A stretch of DNA of 64,000 nt from an uncultured bacterium. Its GTDB lineage: Bacteria; UBP15; UBA6099; JAJRTR01. The DNA lies in assembly GCA_964595945.1 (NCBI GenBank), contig CAZQSL010000001.1, positions 36,930 to 100,929 on the forward strand, read 5' to 3'. This document shows, piece by piece, positions 10,157-19,827 of the stretch. How positions within the stretch are numbered: position 1 is the stretch's first letter; each line of letters begins with the position of its first letter. The translations under genes were made by a program, and so were the position numbers. The notes under the pieces are model-generated. The model was not told the origin of the DNA. It worked only from the letters and a program-made list of their open reading frames with translations, and made no database searches.

Positions 10157-10485
10157 TCCTGTGTCTCGTCGGACTCGTGATCGGATATTTCATCGGCATG
10201 ACCATGGAAGCGACTTCGCTCGCACGCTTCGGCACGGAAAACGTCATGGTCGTATTCATCGCTATCGCCGATCTGACAGCTCTGATTCTGATGAGAAAAA
10301 ACACACCTATCCTCAGGGGCCTCGCCATCCGTTGTGCGATCTGCGCGGCGGCAATATGGATGGAAGCAAAAACGGATTTTCCCGTAGTTCTTTTATTGAC
10401 CGTACTGTTCACAGCGTCGTTATTCAAGACGCTCACAACAGACGCAATCAGGCAATCGCGGCTGGTGTCAGATGAAAAAGGCTGA
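10153..10485 (+). CDS. Small membrane protein (sbp/DUF1290-like)
   Basis: 110-aa protein with two or three TM segments. ATGA-coupled to the preceding gene and overlaps ftsA by 14 nt. The track lists it only as the tail of a 184-aa ORF starting at 9931. Confidence 0.45.
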   Translation: MILCLVGLVIGYFIGMTMEATSLARFGTENVMVVFIAIADLTALILMRKNTPILRGLAIRCAICAAAIWMEAKTDFPVVLLLTVLFTASLFKTLTTDAIRQSRLVSDEKG

Positions 10486-11719
10486 CGAAAACAGAATAGT
10501 GGCCGGCATAGACATCGGCACATCAAAAGTCTGCGCCCTCGTCGCCCGCGTGGACGAAGCCGGCAAGATCAGTGTCGCCGGCGCTGGCGTCGCGCCCAAT
10601 GACGGCATGAAAAAAGGCCTCGTCGTCGACATCGACAAGGTTTCACACGCGGTCTTTACAGCAGTAGATCAGGCCGAAAAAGCCGCTGGATGCGTCGCCG
10701 AAAACGTCTATGTGACCGTATCCGGCAATCACGTTACTACCAATGCCGGCAGAGGCTCGGCCCCCGTTGCCAATCCTGAACGGGGCGTCGCTCCCGACGA
10801 TGTCCGGCGCGCGCTCGACGCTTCGAAATATCTCTTGATCCCGCCAGACAAAAAGATCATTGGCGTGATCGAAAACGACTTCACTCTCGATGGCCACGGC
10901 GGAGTGACCGACCCGGTAGGCATGGCTGGCTCACACCTTGAGGTCAACGTCCAGATAGTCACCGGAGCCACGGCTTCCGTGCAAAATCTCCTGCGAAGCA
11001 TCGACAAGGTCGGCATAGAGGTCGATGCCATGATGCCCGCAGTGCTCGCCTCAGGCGAAGCCGTACTCAACAGCGACGAAAAGAAAGTCGGAATACTGCT
11101 GATCGATTTCGGCGCTGGCACGACGTCGCTCGCTATGTTTCGCAATGGTTTCATGACCGATGCGAGGGTCATCCCCATCGGCAGTTCACATATAGACAAC
11201 GACATCGCTGTAGTGCTCGGCACATCGCCGGCAGATGCCGAAAAACTAAAAATCGAATACGGCAGCGTATCACCGAAACTCCGCGATGAAAGTACTCCCG
11301 TCGAAGTCACCCTCATCGGACGCGACGAAAAAAACCAGATACCGCGAGGAATGCTCTGTCAGGTGATACAGCCACGTATCGCCGAACTCCTCGACATCAT
11401 CGTCAAGGAACTTCGCGACAGCTTCAGCAACGCCACACCGCCCGCCGGAATTGTCATCACTGGCGGCGGCGCTCACCTGCCCGGCATGATCGAGGCAGTC
11501 GAACAAAAACTCGGCTATCACGTACGACTCGGCAAAACGCTCTACGCGGGCGAAAACGCCGCTCGCCTCGGCGATCCGCGATTTACCGCTGCAGCTGGCC
11601 TCCTGAGATGCGCGGCAGCGAGAGTAGGGAAAATGCGCTATGAGCAAGAATCACAACCGTCCCCCTTCAAAGGAGCCTGGCTCACACTGGTTGCCTTTTT
11701 TAGAGGACTTTTTAAATGA
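10472..11719 (+). CDS. ftsA: Cell division protein FtsA
   Basis: Actin-fold N-terminus [17 protein letters not shown] and an FtsA-specific domain layout. Immediately upstream of ftsZ. Confidence 0.9.
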   Translation: MKKADENRIVAGIDIGTSKVCALVARVDEAGKISVAGAGVAPNDGMKKGLVVDIDKVSHAVFTAVDQAEKAAGCVAENVYVTVSGNHVTTNAGRGSAPVANPERGVAPDDVRRALDASKYLLIPPDKKIIGVIENDFTLDGHGGVTDPVGMAGSHLEVNVQIVTGATASVQNLLRSIDKVGIEVDAMMPAVLASGEAVLNSDEKKVGILLIDFGAGTTSLAMFRNGFMTDARVIPIGSSHIDNDIAVVLGTSPADAEKLKIEYGSVSPKLRDESTPVEVTLIGRDEKNQIPRGMLCQVIQPRIAELLDIIVKELRDSFSNATPPAGIVITGGGAHLPGMIEAVEQKLGYHVRLGKTLYAGENAARLGDPRFTAAAGLLRCAAARVGKMRYEQESQPSPFKGAWLTLVAFFRGLFK

Positions 11720-13028
11720 AGTGCCGCCCCCCGACGGCTGGCACGTGCAAGGTAAAAAATCCGACTCCGGCAGACAGCCGGGAGGAACCGATACCCACGG
11801 AGGTGCACAGGTGGAATTCGAACCAAAAGCTGAGAAATTCGCGAAGATAAAAGTCGCTGGTGTCGGCGGTGGCGGCTGCAACGCGGTCAACCGCATGATC
11901 GATGTTGGCGTCGGCGGTGTTGACTTCATCGTCGTCAACACAGACGCTCAGGTGCTCATTGACAGCAAGGCGGCACACAAGCTCCAGATCGGCGGAAAAC
12001 TCACTCGCGGCCTTGGCGCCGGCGCCGACCCCGAAGTCGGCAAACAGGCTGCCGAAGCGAGCGTAAGTGAAATCGAAACATCGCTCGAAGGATCCGACAT
12101 GGTATTCGTCACCTCCGGCATGGGCGGCGGCACCGGTACAGGGGCATCTCCCATAGTTGCGCGCATCGCACGCAAACTCGGCGCTCTCACTGTAGGTGTC
12201 GTCACAAAGCCCTTCGCCTTCGAGGGTAAACGCCGCATGGCTTTCGCCGAACGCGGCATCGAAGCTCTCGCCGCCGAGGTCGACACCCTCATCGTCATCC
12301 CCAATGACAAGCTGCTCGACATCATCAGTCCTGGCACATCGCTCGTCGAAGCTTTCAGGAGCGCCGACGACGTGCTCCGCCAGGGCGTGCAGGGCATTTC
12401 CGATCTCATTACAAAACCCGGTCTTATCAACCTCGACTATGCCGATGTCAAAACCATTATGAAAGACGCCGGCTCCGCTCTTGTCGGCATCGGCATGGCT
12501 TCCGGCGATGACCGCGCCAATCTCGCCGCGCAGCAGGCCATCTCATGTCCGCTGCTCGAAACTTCCATCGAAGGCGCCCGCGGCATTCTTATGAATATCA
12601 CCGGTGGCTCAGACATGAGTCTTCTCGAAGTCCACACCATCGCCCAGGTCATCAACACCGCCGCCTCCGAAGACGCCAATATCATCTTCGGCGCCGTCGT
12701 AGACGAAAAACTCAAGGACGAAATCAGCGTCACTGTCATCGCCACCGGCTTCGGCTCGGCCTCCTATTCGACAAAAAAGGTTTTCGCCCCTACAGTCGTC
12801 GCGCACAAACCCCAGGAGATCGTGTTTTCCAAACCCCTCCGCGACAGAATCCCCGAACCACCGCAACCGAAAACCCCTGTCGACGAAGTTGACACCGTCC
12901 GCGACGAGCCGGCACCCGCGCCGGCCGCTGCTCCCGAGCCCAAGTCCGAACCTCTCCCGCACACCCCTTCCGGCGACGAGCTCGATATCCCTTCATTCCT
13001 TCGCAACCGCAAGAAGAAAGACGACTGA
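11640..13028 (+). CDS. ftsZ: Cell division GTPase FtsZ
   Basis: Tubulin signature GGGTGTG and the [15 protein letters not shown] motif. Conserved C-terminal peptide [11 protein letters not shown]. The ATG at 11640 has an AGGGAA ribosome-binding site (RBS), gives a roughly 65-aa N-terminal extension and overlaps ftsA by 80 nt. Confidence 0.92.
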   Translation: MSKNHNRPPSKEPGSHWLPFLEDFLNEVPPPDGWHVQGKKSDSGRQPGGTDTHGGAQVEFEPKAEKFAKIKVAGVGGGGCNAVNRMIDVGVGGVDFIVVNTDAQVLIDSKAAHKLQIGGKLTRGLGAGADPEVGKQAAEASVSEIETSLEGSDMVFVTSGMGGGTGTGASPIVARIARKLGALTVGVVTKPFAFEGKRRMAFAERGIEALAAEVDTLIVIPNDKLLDIISPGTSLVEAFRSADDVLRQGVQGISDLITKPGLINLDYADVKTIMKDAGSALVGIGMASGDDRANLAAQQAISCPLLETSIEGARGILMNITGGSDMSLLEVHTIAQVINTAASEDANIIFGAVVDEKLKDEISVTVIATGFGSASYSTKKVFAPTVVAHKPQEIVFSKPLRDRIPEPPQPKTPVDEVDTVRDEPAPAPAAAPEPKSEPLPHTPSGDELDIPSFLRNRKKKDD

Positions 13029-13044
13029 TCACTGGGCGGCCCCG

Positions 13045-14673
13045 ATGCGCGAGTCTCATCTCTACGAAAACACATCGGGCGCCTCCCCGGAAGCAGCGGC
13101 TCTCAAAGTAGCCATCTGCTTCCCAGGCAACTACAGGGTGGGCATGGCAAACCTCGGATTTCTCTGGGTGCGCCATCTCGCCAATTCCATGCAGGAGGTT
13201 CGCTGCGACCGGTTCTTTATGACTGACCGGCAACTTAATAAAAAAACGGCCCTCTTTTCGCCCGATTCCCACATGACACTCGCCGACTACGATGTCGTGG
13301 CGTTTGCCCTGCCCTACGAACCCGGCTATCTGAATGTCCCGGCAATGCTCGACGCTGGCGGCATCCCGGCGCTGGCGTCCACACGTTCGCGTCTGCCACT
13401 CGTGGTCGCAGGCGGCATGGCAGTCAGCGCCAATCCCGAGCCCATGTCCGCAATCCTCGATGCCGTCCTCATCGGCGAGGCCGAGGGAGCGTGGCAGATG
13501 CTGCTCGAAAAGTGCATGGACTACATCACAGGCGGCGCCAGAAAAGCACGTCGCGGACGGCCTTCCGAATCTTTTTTTCGCGCGCTCGCGTCCGAAGGCC
13601 CGTTCTATGTCCCGTCGCTGTATGACTACGCATTCGACGGAAAAGGTATTACTGAAATCACCGACATAGATGGTGGGCCGCCACTCGTGATCGAGTCCAA
13701 TTATGCCACACGCATCGACGCCGCACATTCGCCCCTGATCACCGACGGATCGGCGTTCCCGGGCATGTTCCTCGCAGAGCTCACACGTGGGTGCCCCCAC
13801 AGGTGCCGCTTCTGCCTCGCGGGCCACACGGGCGGAAAATTCCGCATCGCCGAAGGCGCCGCTGACGCAGTCGCACTTTCAAGGGGAAAGGCAAACGGCA
13901 TCGGACTCATCGGCACCGCGTTCACGCGATCGCCCGACACACGCGCAATATGTGCTTTCGCCGTCGAAAACGGTATGCGCGTTTCGTTTTCATCTGTGCG
14001 TCTCGATGCCGGCACGACCGCCCTCATGCGTGAATTTTCCCAAGCGGTCTCGATGGATACTGTCACGATCGCTCCTGAGACGGCTACCGACCGCCTCGGC
14101 GCCATTGTCGGTAAAAACATTTTCGCCGAGATGGAATCATTCGCCGACGCCGCCAGAGAAGCTGGCGTCAAACGGGTGCGCATGTACTACCTGATCGGAG
14201 TGCCGGGAGAAACGGACGGCGATGTGGCTGCCATCGCTGCCCACGCAAAGTCGTTCGGCGTGAAATCCGGTTGCGAGGTCATGGTGAGTGCTACTCCGCT
14301 GATCCCAAAGCCGATGACGCCGATGCAATGGTTCGCTTTCGCTGACGTTGGCGACCTGAAAAGAAAGCGAAAACTGCTAAAGAACACTGCTCGTAAAGAA
14401 GGGCTCGAAGTGAAAGTCGAGGGACTCGCCGAATCATTCACGCAAGCGGTGCTCGCCCGCGGCGACCGTCGCCTTTCGCCCCTGATCGCGGCTTGCGCGG
14501 ACAGTCGGCACGAACCTTTTGAAAATATGATCGCAGCGGCAGGACTCGACGCCTCGTACTGGACACGCGCTCTGCCGCTTGAGGCGATGCTGCCGTGGAG
14601 CACCGTAAGATATGGCCTCGCTGCTGAAGAACTTGAAAAAATATACATGGATACACTCGCAGCCGTGAAATGA
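13045..14673 (+). CDS. Radical SAM protein with B12-binding-like N-terminal domain (TIGR03960-like uncharacterized rSAM family)
   Basis: CxxxCxxC motif (CPHRCRFC). N-terminal VAICFPGNYRVGMANLGFLWV is typical of the B12-binding-like domain of this family. The track ORF starts at 12889, inside ftsZ. The ATG at 13045 lies just past the ftsZ stop. Confidence 0.72.
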   Translation: MRESHLYENTSGASPEAAALKVAICFPGNYRVGMANLGFLWVRHLANSMQEVRCDRFFMTDRQLNKKTALFSPDSHMTLADYDVVAFALPYEPGYLNVPAMLDAGGIPALASTRSRLPLVVAGGMAVSANPEPMSAILDAVLIGEAEGAWQMLLEKCMDYITGGARKARRGRPSESFFRALASEGPFYVPSLYDYAFDGKGITEITDIDGGPPLVIESNYATRIDAAHSPLITDGSAFPGMFLAELTRGCPHRCRFCLAGHTGGKFRIAEGAADAVALSRGKANGIGLIGTAFTRSPDTRAICAFAVENGMRVSFSSVRLDAGTTALMREFSQAVSMDTVTIAPETATDRLGAIVGKNIFAEMESFADAAREAGVKRVRMYYLIGVPGETDGDVAAIAAHAKSFGVKSGCEVMVSATPLIPKPMTPMQWFAFADVGDLKRKRKLLKNTARKEGLEVKVEGLAESFTQAVLARGDRRLSPLIAACADSRHEPFENMIAAAGLDASYWTRALPLEAMLPWSTVRYGLAAEELEKIYMDTLAAVK

Positions 14674-15377
14674 CTGCTGTGGAGATGATGAAAATGAAAA
14701 ATATAATTGCTGGAAACATCAACAGAATACTCGAAGACGTAGCTGATACTGCCGCGCGCTGCGGCAGGAGTGCCGGCGAGATCACTCTCGTGGCAGTGAC
14801 AAAAATGCGCAGCGAGGATGAAGTCATCGCCGTTATGGATGCAGGTATTACAAACATCGGCGAGAACCGCGTGAAAGATGCGTCTGAAAAAGCGCATGTC
14901 ATCCGCGAAGGTGTGACGTTCAGACTGATCGGGCACCTCCAGACCAACAAGGCGGCGCTGGCGGTCAGGATTTTTGACAAGATAGATTCGGTGGACACAG
15001 TGCGGCTCGCGGAAATCATTTCGGAGGAAGCTCTGAAAAAGGGCCGCGGCCCCCTTGAAATACTTGTGCAGGTGAATAGCTCGGGCGAGGAAAGCAAGTC
15101 GGGATTTGAGCCGCAGGAAACCGCAGATGCAGTGGCGGCAATCGCCCTGCTGCCCGGACTGTCAGTAAAGGGACTTATGACAATCGGCCCGCTTACATGG
15201 GACGAAATTGAAATCAGAAAGTCATTTCAGATGATGAATAGGCTTTTCGACGATATAAAAACCGGCCAACCCGGTTTCGACACCCTTTCGATGGGGATGT
15301 CCGGAGACTATCGGATAGCCATCGAAGAAGGCGCGACCATGATAAGGGTCGGCAGCGCGATTTTCGAAAGGAGGTGA
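14670..15377 (+). CDS. yggS: YggS/YlmE family pyridoxal-phosphate homeostasis protein
   Basis: Alanine-racemase-N-like TIM barrel with the conserved LVAVTK lysine region. ATGA-coupled to the upstream gene. Classic partner of sepF. Confidence 0.85.
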   Translation: MTAVEMMKMKNIIAGNINRILEDVADTAARCGRSAGEITLVAVTKMRSEDEVIAVMDAGITNIGENRVKDASEKAHVIREGVTFRLIGHLQTNKAALAVRIFDKIDSVDTVRLAEIISEEALKKGRGPLEILVQVNSSGEESKSGFEPQETADAVAAIALLPGLSVKGLMTIGPLTWDEIEIRKSFQMMNRLFDDIKTGQPGFDTLSMGMSGDYRIAIEEGATMIRVGSAIFERR

Positions 15378-15499
15378 CGATTTTCGCACAGTGGATTTCC
15401 ACACCAGCATCATGGCGGCCTTAAGGCCGCATGACCCCTGCATTTGAGAGAATAATACTACAAGTCTCCCATGAGAGACACGAAAACGGAGGTAACAAA

Positions 15500-15964
15500 G
15501 TGTTTGAAGCAATTTCCCAGAACGCGCTCGTAAAAAAGGTGCTTAATTTCATCACGTTCCAGGAAGATGACGAACAGGAGCAGGGATACCAGCCAGAAGC
15601 GCCGCAGAGCCAGCACACCGCCGCACCCCGCAAGACCGGCAAAGTCCTGCCCTTCACCAACAGCAATCCTATGGCAGTCGCTGTCAACGACCCGAAATCG
15701 ATGGAAGACGCCCGCGAAGTCGCGGACAATCTCCGCAGCAATATGGTCGTGCTGATGAACATCTCCAAGATGGAAAAGGACATGGCGAAAGAAATCCTGT
15801 TCTTCCTCAGCGGCGTGGTGTACGCACTCAATGGCGACTCGAAAAAAATCGGCGACGGTGTTTTTCTCTTCACGCCTCACGGCATCCCGATCCGTGACTT
15901 CGAAGCAGTTCAGGCCGAAGCGAAACCCGCACAGAAAAGCAGTCTTTTCATCGAAGAGCTGTGA
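15500..15964 (+). CDS. sepF: Cell division protein SepF (YlmF)
   Basis: C-terminal SepF domain (VVLMNISKMEKDMAKEILFFLSGVVYALNGDSKKIGDGVFLFTP). A GTG start at 15500 is preceded by a GGAGGT RBS at 15488-15493. The track ORF starts further upstream at 15431. Confidence 0.8.
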   Translation: MFEAISQNALVKKVLNFITFQEDDEQEQGYQPEAPQSQHTAAPRKTGKVLPFTNSNPMAVAVNDPKSMEDAREVADNLRSNMVVLMNISKMEKDMAKEILFFLSGVVYALNGDSKKIGDGVFLFTPHGIPIRDFEAVQAEAKPAQKSSLFIEEL

Positions 15965-16089
15965 CACGGCGGCAAATCTCGTGATGAGTCGCGGGGTGAT
16001 CGACTGATTGCAATGAAATACAGATGACCTGCGCAGACGGTATGCGGTGACGCTCCGTGGGCGTGTGTGTTTGCGACTGGAAGGAACTT

Positions 16090-16902
16090 ATGAAAATCGG
16101 ATTTTTCGGTGTAGGGAAAATGGGAGAGATCATACTTGGCGGATTGATCCGCGAGGGCATGTGCGTTGCGACCGATGTCATGATATTTGACGCCGTGATG
16201 GACAAGGCCGATGATGTGTCTGAGGCACTCGGTGTTGTCGCTGCTTCCGATCCGGCTGATGTGGCGCGCGAATGCGATATGATATTCCTTTGCGTCAAGC
16301 CCGATCAATTCGCGAGCCTTGCGAAATCCATCAGGAATGTTCTGAACGTCCGCGATGATAAACCCTGTTTCGTCAGCATCATGGCCGGTGTGAAAACAGA
16401 CCGCATCATGGATGCACTCGGGTGGGATGACCTCGCTGTCATCCGCGTGATGCCCAATGTCGCATGCACCGTAGGCAGGGGCATGGCAGGCATCGCCGCA
16501 AGTGACGAAGCGGAGGACGAAACGAACGAATTCGTCTTTGATCTCTTTGAAAAACTCGGCGGCGCCGTATGGGTCAAGGAAAAACAGATGGATGCGGTGA
16601 CGGCTGTCAGCGGTAGCGGGCCGGCCTATGTGTTTATGTTTATCGAAGCTCTCACCGATGCGGGAGTGATGATCGGCCTCGACCGCGCTACTTCACAAAA
16701 ACTTGCCGTCCGCACCCTTGCGGGCGCTACCGAAATGGTCAACCAGGAGCTTGGCGACACTCTCACTCTTCGAGCTCAGGTGTCTTCGCCCGGCGGCACA
16801 ACTGCTGCCGCTACGACAGCCCTCGAAAAATTCGGGTTCAGAAATGCCGTCATCGAAGCCGTCACGGCTGCCTGGAAAAAATCAATCGAACTTGGTTCGT
16901 AA
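16090..16902 (+). CDS. proC: Pyrroline-5-carboxylate reductase
   Basis: N-terminal Rossmann motif IGFFGVGKMGEIILGG and the C-terminal P5CR dimerisation domain (SSPGGTTAAATTALE). The ATG at 16090 has a GGAAGG RBS. Confidence 0.85.
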   Translation: MKIGFFGVGKMGEIILGGLIREGMCVATDVMIFDAVMDKADDVSEALGVVAASDPADVARECDMIFLCVKPDQFASLAKSIRNVLNVRDDKPCFVSIMAGVKTDRIMDALGWDDLAVIRVMPNVACTVGRGMAGIAASDEAEDETNEFVFDLFEKLGGAVWVKEKQMDAVTAVSGSGPAYVFMFIEALTDAGVMIGLDRATSQKLAVRTLAGATEMVNQELGDTLTLRAQVSSPGGTTAAATTALEKFGFRNAVIEAVTAAWKKSIELGS

Positions 16903-16921
16903 GAAAAAGGAAGCACTGCAA

Positions 16922-19351
16922 TTGGCTGAAAAGAAACCGGCAAAAAAAACGACCAATGCCTCGAAAAGCACGGGCAAGGGAAAACCGCGCGCGAAAAAAA
17001 ATGCCGCGAAAAAGCCTGCTCCCAATAACATGGTGCTGCGCGAAATCCTTGCTATCCTCGTCACGACATTCGCGATCCTTTCGGCGATCAGTCTTTTCGT
17101 CGGCAAAGACGCAAAGGCGCTGTACGCTATCAGACTCATGTATGCTTCGCTTTTTGGACTGCTGGCATTTACGGCACCCTTACTCGAAATCACCGCTGCA
17201 TTGTGGGTTTTCGCACGCCGGAGAGTACTCGCCCTTTCGATGTTGCACATCGCGATCGTGACTCTGCTCGCGGGATATGTTATCAATGTCGCCATGCACG
17301 CGGACACGATTACCGCATCCGCAAAGGCCGGCGGCCTCATCACGCTTTCGCTCGCATCATTTCTGTCGTCGCAGATCACCCCGGCAGGTGCTTGGGCAGT
17401 GGCAGGCGCGATAGCTCTCATCTACGCGCGGTTCGCGTTCAAGGTCTCGTATATCGAGATCGGGAGAAAGGCAGCGCCTCATGTAGCCGCCGGTGTCGAA
17501 GGCATAAAAAAAGCCGTCGCCGGCGTCGAGGAAACAGCAACTGCAAAAGTGCGCGAAGGCAGCGAAAAACGCCGCGAGAAGGCAAAGGAAATCAAAGAGA
17601 AAAAAGAAAAGGAAATGGAAGAAAAAGTGCGCCGCCTGCAGGAAGAGGAGGCGCGCAAAATGAGATCGGCAGACGCTATAATCGCCGAAGCCGAAGAAAT
17701 CACGCGGGATGCGGCTCCTGCAAGAAAGCCCGATCCCGCGCCGGCTCCACAGGCCGTCCCGCATATCACGCATGATGACAGGAAGGAAGAGCAGACTACC
17801 CTTTCATTTATGGATGACGATCCCGTCGACGAAATATCTGCGGACATGGCGCTCGAAGAAACACAGATCGTCCGCATGGTCGAAGGGGAAGACGGCGAAA
17901 TGATCGAAATTTCATGGCGGCTGCCAAAACCCGAAGACTGGCTCGACGAAGTCAGGGAAAAAGCCGAAGCGGTCATGGACAATTCGATGCGCGACAAGCT
18001 CGAAGATACCCTCAAGAGTTTTCAGGTGCCAGCCCGCATTTCCAACGTTGTCAAGGGGGCATCGTTCACGAGATTTGAGATCGAACTCGAACCCGGCACA
18101 AAAGTTAACCGCATCGTCTCTCTCGAAACCGACATCGCGCTCTCTCTCGCCACTGATTCGAAATCGATCCGCATCGAGGCCCCGATCCCCGGAAAATCCG
18201 CCATCGGCATCGAAGTACCCAATAAAAACAGGGCTGTCGTGCCCATGCGCCACCTCTTCGTGAAACCCGAATTCGCGCGCAACAACACACCTCTGTCATT
18301 CGTACTCGGCGAAGACATCATCGGGCAGGCAGTATTCCCGAGCCTGATCAAGATGCCGCATCTGCTCGTCGCAGGTTCGACCAATTCGGGTAAAAGCGTG
18401 TGTCTCAACTGCATCATTTCGAGCATACTTGCCAAGGAGTCGCCCGACGACATACGTTTTATCATGGTAGACATGAAGCGTGTCGAACTCACCCCATACG
18501 ACGGCGTGCCTCACCTGCTCTCGCCCATCATCACCGAGGCGCAGGAAGCCGCGAGCGCGCTCCGCTGGATATGTGAGGAGATGGATCGCCGCTATAAACT
18601 CTACGCGCAGATGGGCGTGCGCAACATAGACAGCTTCAATGCGAAAATGGAAAATCCCGAAGACAAAATGCACCGCATCGTCGTCGTCATCGACGAACTC
18701 GCCGACCTGATGATCGTATCATCGCCGGCCATGAATATCGAAAATTATATCTGCCGCATCACGCAGCTCGCCCGCGCTACGGGCATACACGCAGTACTCG
18801 CCACTCAGCGTCCCGACACCAAGGTCATCACCGGCACGATCAAAAACAACATCCCATCTCGTATCGCTTTCGGCGTCGCCTCGCAGATCGACTCGCGCAC
18901 GATCATAGATCAGAAGGGCGCGGAGTCACTCCTCGGGCGCGGCGACATGCTCTTTCTGCCATTCGGCTCCAACAAGCTCGAAAGACTCCAGGGCGCGTAC
19001 CTTTCTGACAACGAAGTCAACCGACTCGTGGATTTCTGGAAGGCACAAGTGCTCGACCAGTTCGTGTATCCGCTAAAATTCGACTCCGTAGACCCCGGCG
19101 CAATGGGCGGCGGCGGCAGCGACGAATTCCTCTCCGAAGACGAAAAGCTCTACAAGGCGGCCGTGGAAATAGTAGTGACGACAAGTCAGGCGTCGATTTC
19201 GATGATACAGCGCCGCCTGCGCATCGGCTACAACCGCGCCGCGCGCCTCGTCGAACAGATGGAAGAACGCGGTGTGGTCGGCAGCTACGACGGCAGCCGG
19301 CCCCGGGAAGTGCTGCTCACTAATGATCAGTTCCGCTCGGGCGAATATTGA
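16922..19351 (+). CDS. ftsK: DNA translocase FtsK/SpoIIIE
   Basis: Four N-terminal TM segments, a charged Lys/Glu-rich linker, a motor domain with Walker A GSTNSGKS, and a C-terminal gamma winged helix (ISMIQRRLRIGYNRAARLVEQME). The track ORF starts at 16703 inside proC. I chose the TTG at 16922, which has an AGGAAG RBS. An ATG at 17030 is an alternative. Confidence 0.87.
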   Translation: MAEKKPAKKTTNASKSTGKGKPRAKKNAAKKPAPNNMVLREILAILVTTFAILSAISLFVGKDAKALYAIRLMYASLFGLLAFTAPLLEITAALWVFARRRVLALSMLHIAIVTLLAGYVINVAMHADTITASAKAGGLITLSLASFLSSQITPAGAWAVAGAIALIYARFAFKVSYIEIGRKAAPHVAAGVEGIKKAVAGVEETATAKVREGSEKRREKAKEIKEKKEKEMEEKVRRLQEEEARKMRSADAIIAEAEEITRDAAPARKPDPAPAPQAVPHITHDDRKEEQTTLSFMDDDPVDEISADMALEETQIVRMVEGEDGEMIEISWRLPKPEDWLDEVREKAEAVMDNSMRDKLEDTLKSFQVPARISNVVKGASFTRFEIELEPGTKVNRIVSLETDIALSLATDSKSIRIEAPIPGKSAIGIEVPNKNRAVVPMRHLFVKPEFARNNTPLSFVLGEDIIGQAVFPSLIKMPHLLVAGSTNSGKSVCLNCIISSILAKESPDDIRFIMVDMKRVELTPYDGVPHLLSPIITEAQEAASALRWICEEMDRRYKLYAQMGVRNIDSFNAKMENPEDKMHRIVVVIDELADLMIVSSPAMNIENYICRITQLARATGIHAVLATQRPDTKVITGTIKNNIPSRIAFGVASQIDSRTIIDQKGAESLLGRGDMLFLPFGSNKLERLQGAYLSDNEVNRLVDFWKAQVLDQFVYPLKFDSVDPGAMGGGGSDEFLSEDEKLYKAAVEIVVTTSQASISMIQRRLRIGYNRAARLVEQMEERGVVGSYDGSRPREVLLTNDQFRSGEY

Positions 19352-19472
19352 ACTTTTCCGACAAACGCTCCGGACTCTCCGTCAGATTCCGGCTGGCAGA
19401 CAGGCAGTACCCAAACCAGTTCTCATCTTTACGGGCGATAGCCCGCAAAGTTGCGATCAGTATACCCCCTGA

Positions 19473-19499
19473 AGCTCCCCACGCGGGAGCTTTTTTTTT
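19473..19499 (+). terminator. Rho-independent terminator downstream of ftsK
   Basis: GC hairpin agctccc-cacgc-gggagc followed by a 9-nt T run. Confidence 0.6.
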
Positions 19500-19552
19500 G
19501 CAGGCAGGCATGATACCAGCAGGATAGTTCGGAATGATAAAAACTGCTACAG

Positions 19553-19752
19553 AATATACTGAATATCAATAGAAATTCCCCATCCATTGTCATTGAAGTC
19601 TCCCGGGAAAAAACCTTGCTATAGTGAAAACATGTTTGTATTATCCGTATTAATCCGTGTCAGAAAGTCTTTATTGTTTTCCGATGCTACGCAAGATCAT
19701 CTCGACAGACCATAACCATACACAGGGGAATTCGATTGATATTTCGTATAAT
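19553..19752 (+). repeat. Composite dispersed repeat, copy 1 (28-nt block 19553-19580, 100-nt block 19652-19752)
   Basis: The 28-nt block aatatactgaatatcaatagaaattccc and the 100-nt block ending in tataat recur at 27531-27557 and 27652-27753 with about 85-90% identity. The spacers between blocks are unrelated. Confidence 0.7.
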
Positions 19753-19827
19753 CGTCACGGACATCTTTTCGAAAAGCAGGAATTTCCGGCAGCTGATGCT
19801 CGAGCAGCGTCATTACGCCCCCGCTCA

